Of a stretch of 64,000 nucleotides of DNA, positions 61,001 to 64,000 are shown in pieces; within the stretch, counting starts at the first letter, position 1; each line of letters begins with the position of its first letter. The position numbers and the translations under genes were made by a program. The DNA lies in assembly GCA_030390025.1 (NCBI GenBank), contig CM059438.1, positions 59,336,001 to 59,400,000 on the forward strand, written 5' to 3'. A model generated the notes under the pieces. That model made no database searches and was not told the origin of the DNA. It saw only the letters and a list, made by a program, of their open reading frames with translations. The DNA is from Squalus acanthias (taxonomy: Eukaryota).

Positions 61001-64000
61001 CCCAGTGTGATTCAATGTTCCCCACTGTGATTCAGTGTTCCCCAGTGTGATTCAATGTTCTCCAGTGTGATTCAGCATTCCCCAGTGTGATTCAGTGTTC
61101 CCCGGTGTGATTCAATGTTCCCCAGTGTGATTCTGTATTCGCCAGTGTGATTCAATGTTCCCCAGTGTGATTCAGTATTCCCCAGTATGATTCAGTATTC
61201 CCCAGTGTTCCCCAGTGTGATTCAGTGTTCCCCAGTGTGATTCAGTGTTCCCCAGTGTGATTCAGTGTTCCCCCGTGTGATTCAATGTTCCCCAGTGTGA
61301 TTCCGTATTCACCAGTGTGATTCCGTATTCCCCAGTGTGATTCAATGTTCCCCAGTGTGATTCATTAATCCCCAGTGTGATTCCGTGTTCCCCAGTGTGA
61401 TTCAGTATACCCCAGTGCGATTCAGTATTCCCCAGTGTGATTCAGTGTTCCCCAGTGTGATTCAGTGTTCCCCCGTGTGATTCAATGTTCCCCAGTGTGA
61501 TTCCGTATTCCCCAGTGTGATTCAATGTTCCCCAGTGTGATTCAGTGTTCCCCAGTGTGATTCAGTGTTCCCCAGTGTGATTCAGTGTTCCCCAGTGTGA
61601 TTCAGTGTTCCCCAGTGTCATTCAGTATTCCCAGTGTGATTCAGTGTTCCCCAGTGTGATTCAGTGTTCCCCAGTGTGATTCAGTGTTCCCCAGTGTGAT
61701 TCAATGTTCTCCAGTGTGATTCAGCATTCCCCAGTGTGATTCAGTGTTCCCCAGTGTGATTCAATGTTCCCCAGTGTGATTCAGTATTCCCCAGTGTGAT
61801 TCAGTGTTCCCCAGTGTGATTCAGTGTTCCCCCGTGTGATTCAATGTTCCCCAGTGTGATTCCGTATTCACCAGTGTGATTCCGTATTCCCCAGTGTGAT
61901 TCAATGTTCCCCAGTGTGATTCATTAATCCCCAGTGTGATTCCGTGTTCCCCAGTGTGATTCAGTATACCCCAGTGCGATTCAGTATTCCCCAGTGTGAT
62001 TCAGTGTTCCCCAGTGTGATTCAGTGTTCCCCAGTGTGATTCAATGTTCCCCAGTGTGATTCAATGTTCCCCAGTGTGATTCAGTATTCCCCAGTGTGAT
62101 TCCGTATTCCCCAGTGGGATTCAATGTTCCCCAGTGTGATTCAGCGTTCCCCAGTGTGATTCAGTGTTCAGCAGTGTGATTCAATGTTCCCCAGTGTGAT
62201 TCAGTGTTCCCCAGTGTGATTCAGTATTCCCCAGTGTGATTCAGTGTTCAGCAGTGTGATTCAATGTTCCCCAGTGTGATTCAGTGTTCCCCAGTGTGAT
62301 TCAGTATTCCCCAGTGTGATTCAGTGTTCAGCAGTTTGATTCAATGTTCCCCAGTGTGATTCAGCGTTCCCCAGTGTGATTCAGTGTTCAGCAGTGTGAT
62401 TCAATGTTCCCCAGTGTGATTCAGTGTTCCCCAGTGTGATTCAGTATTCCCCAGTGTGATTCAGTGTTCAGCAGTTTGATTCAATGTTCCCCAGTGTGAT
62501 TCAGTGTTCCCCATTGTGATTCAATGTTCCCCAGTGTGATTCAGTATTCCCCAGTGTGATTCATTGTTCAGCAGTGTGATTCAATGTTCCCCAATGGGAT
62601 TCAGGGTTCCCCAGTGTGATTCAGTATTCCCCAGTGTGATTCAGTATTCCCCAGTGTGCTTCAGCATTCCCCAGAGTGATTCAATGTTCCCCAGTGTGAC
62701 TCAGTGTTCCCCAGTGTGATTCAGTATTCCCCAGTGTGAATCAGTGTTCAGCAGTGTGATTCAATGTTCCCCAATGGGATTCAGGGTTCCCCAGTGTGAT
62801 TCAGTATTCCCCAGTGTGATTCAGTGGTCCCCAGTGTGCTTCAGCATTCCCCAGAGTGATTCAATGTTCCCCAGTGTGACTCAGTGTTCCCCAGTGTGAT
62901 TCCGTGTTCCCCAGTGTGATTCAGTATTCCCCAGTGTGATTCAGTGTTCAGCAGTGTGATTCGATGTTCCCCAATGGGATTCAGTATTCCCCCACTGTGA
63001 TTCAGTGTTCCCCAGTGAGATTCAGTATTCCCCAGTGTGATTCAGTGTACCCCAGTGTGATTCAATGTTCCCCAGTGTGATTCAGTATTCCCCAGTGTGA
63101 TTCAGTATTCCCCAGTGTGATTAAGTGTTCCCCAGTGTGATTCAATGTTCCCCACTGTGATTCAATGTTCCCCAGTGTGATTCAGTGTTCGCCAGTGTGA
63201 TTCTGTATTCGCCAGTGTGATTCAATGTTCCCCACTGTGATTCAGTGTTCCCCAGTGTGATTCAATGTTCCCCACTGTGATTCAGTGTTCCCCAGTGTGA
63301 TTCAATGTTCTCCAGTGTGATTCAGCATTCCCCAGTGTGATTCAGTGTTCCCCGGTGTGATTCAATGTTCCCCAGTGTGATTCTGTATTCGCCAGTGTGA
63401 TTCAATGTTTCCCAGTGTGATTCAGTATTCCCCAGTATGATTCAGTATTCCCCAGTGTTCCCCAGTGTGATTCAGTGTTCCCCAGTGTGATTCAGTGTTC
63501 ACCAGTGTGATTCCGTATTCCCCAGTGTGATTCAATGTTCCCCAGTGTGATTCATTAATCCCCAGTGTGATTCAGTGTTCCCCAGTGTGATTCAGTATTC
63601 CCCAGTGTGATTCAGTATTCCCCAGTGTGATTCAGTGTTCCCCAGTGTGATTCAGTGTTCCCCAGTGTGATTCAATGTTCCCCAGTGTGATTCCGTATTC
63701 CCCAGTGTGATTCAGTGTTCCCCAGTGTGATTCAGTGTTCCCCAGTGTGATTCAGTGTTCCCCAGTGTGATTCAGTGTTCCCCAGTGTGATTCAGTGTTC
63801 CCCAGTGTGATTCAGTATTCCCAAGTGTGATTCAGTGTTCCCCAGTGTGATTCATTATTCCCCAGTGTGATTCAGTGTTCCCCAGTGTGATTCAGTATTC
63901 CCCAGTGTGATTCAGTATTCCCCAGTGTGATTCAATGTTCCCCAGTGTGATTCAGTATTCCCCAGTGTGATTCAGTGTTCCCCAGTGTGATTCAGTGTTC
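52051..64000. repeat. Satellite array, 20-bp unit CCCCAGTGTGATTCAGTGTT, about 600 copies
   Basis: Direct periodicity with two related 10-bp halves; runs off the right edge of the window. Confidence 0.99.

Overview
Vertebrate, almost certainly elasmobranch (shark/ray) genomic DNA; the HE1-type SINE, CR1 LINE and Penelope-like repeats point to this. Two large satellite arrays bound the window: a 22-bp unit (1-15123) and a 20-bp unit (52051-64000). Between them is a four-level nest of mobile elements. The outer element, ERV-B (about 15144-36180, minus strand), is a decayed lokiretrovirus-like provirus with dual RNase H and an unusual envelope containing an Ig-like domain. Its probable 3' LTR is interrupted by ERV-A (15749-27673, plus strand), which has a GAAAG TSD, a tRNA-Ser PBS, a gamma-type env and a scrambled gag/pol order. 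The ERV-A 5' LTR carries a 4.7-kb two-gene PIF/Harbinger transposon (AAT TSD), whose transposase is split by a 188-bp Penelope-like insert containing a minimal hammerhead ribozyme. Both retroelements join gag to protease through an in-frame UGA-CUAG stop, a readthrough-type context. The only recognisable host gene is an intronless ier3 (37210-37635) with an immediate-early promoter, AU-rich elements and minisatellites in both UTRs. The rest is minisatellites, LINE/SINE/Penelope debris and a second decayed fusion-protein-like env relic (about 40703-41720). Family assignments rest on motifs read by eye; no searches were run.
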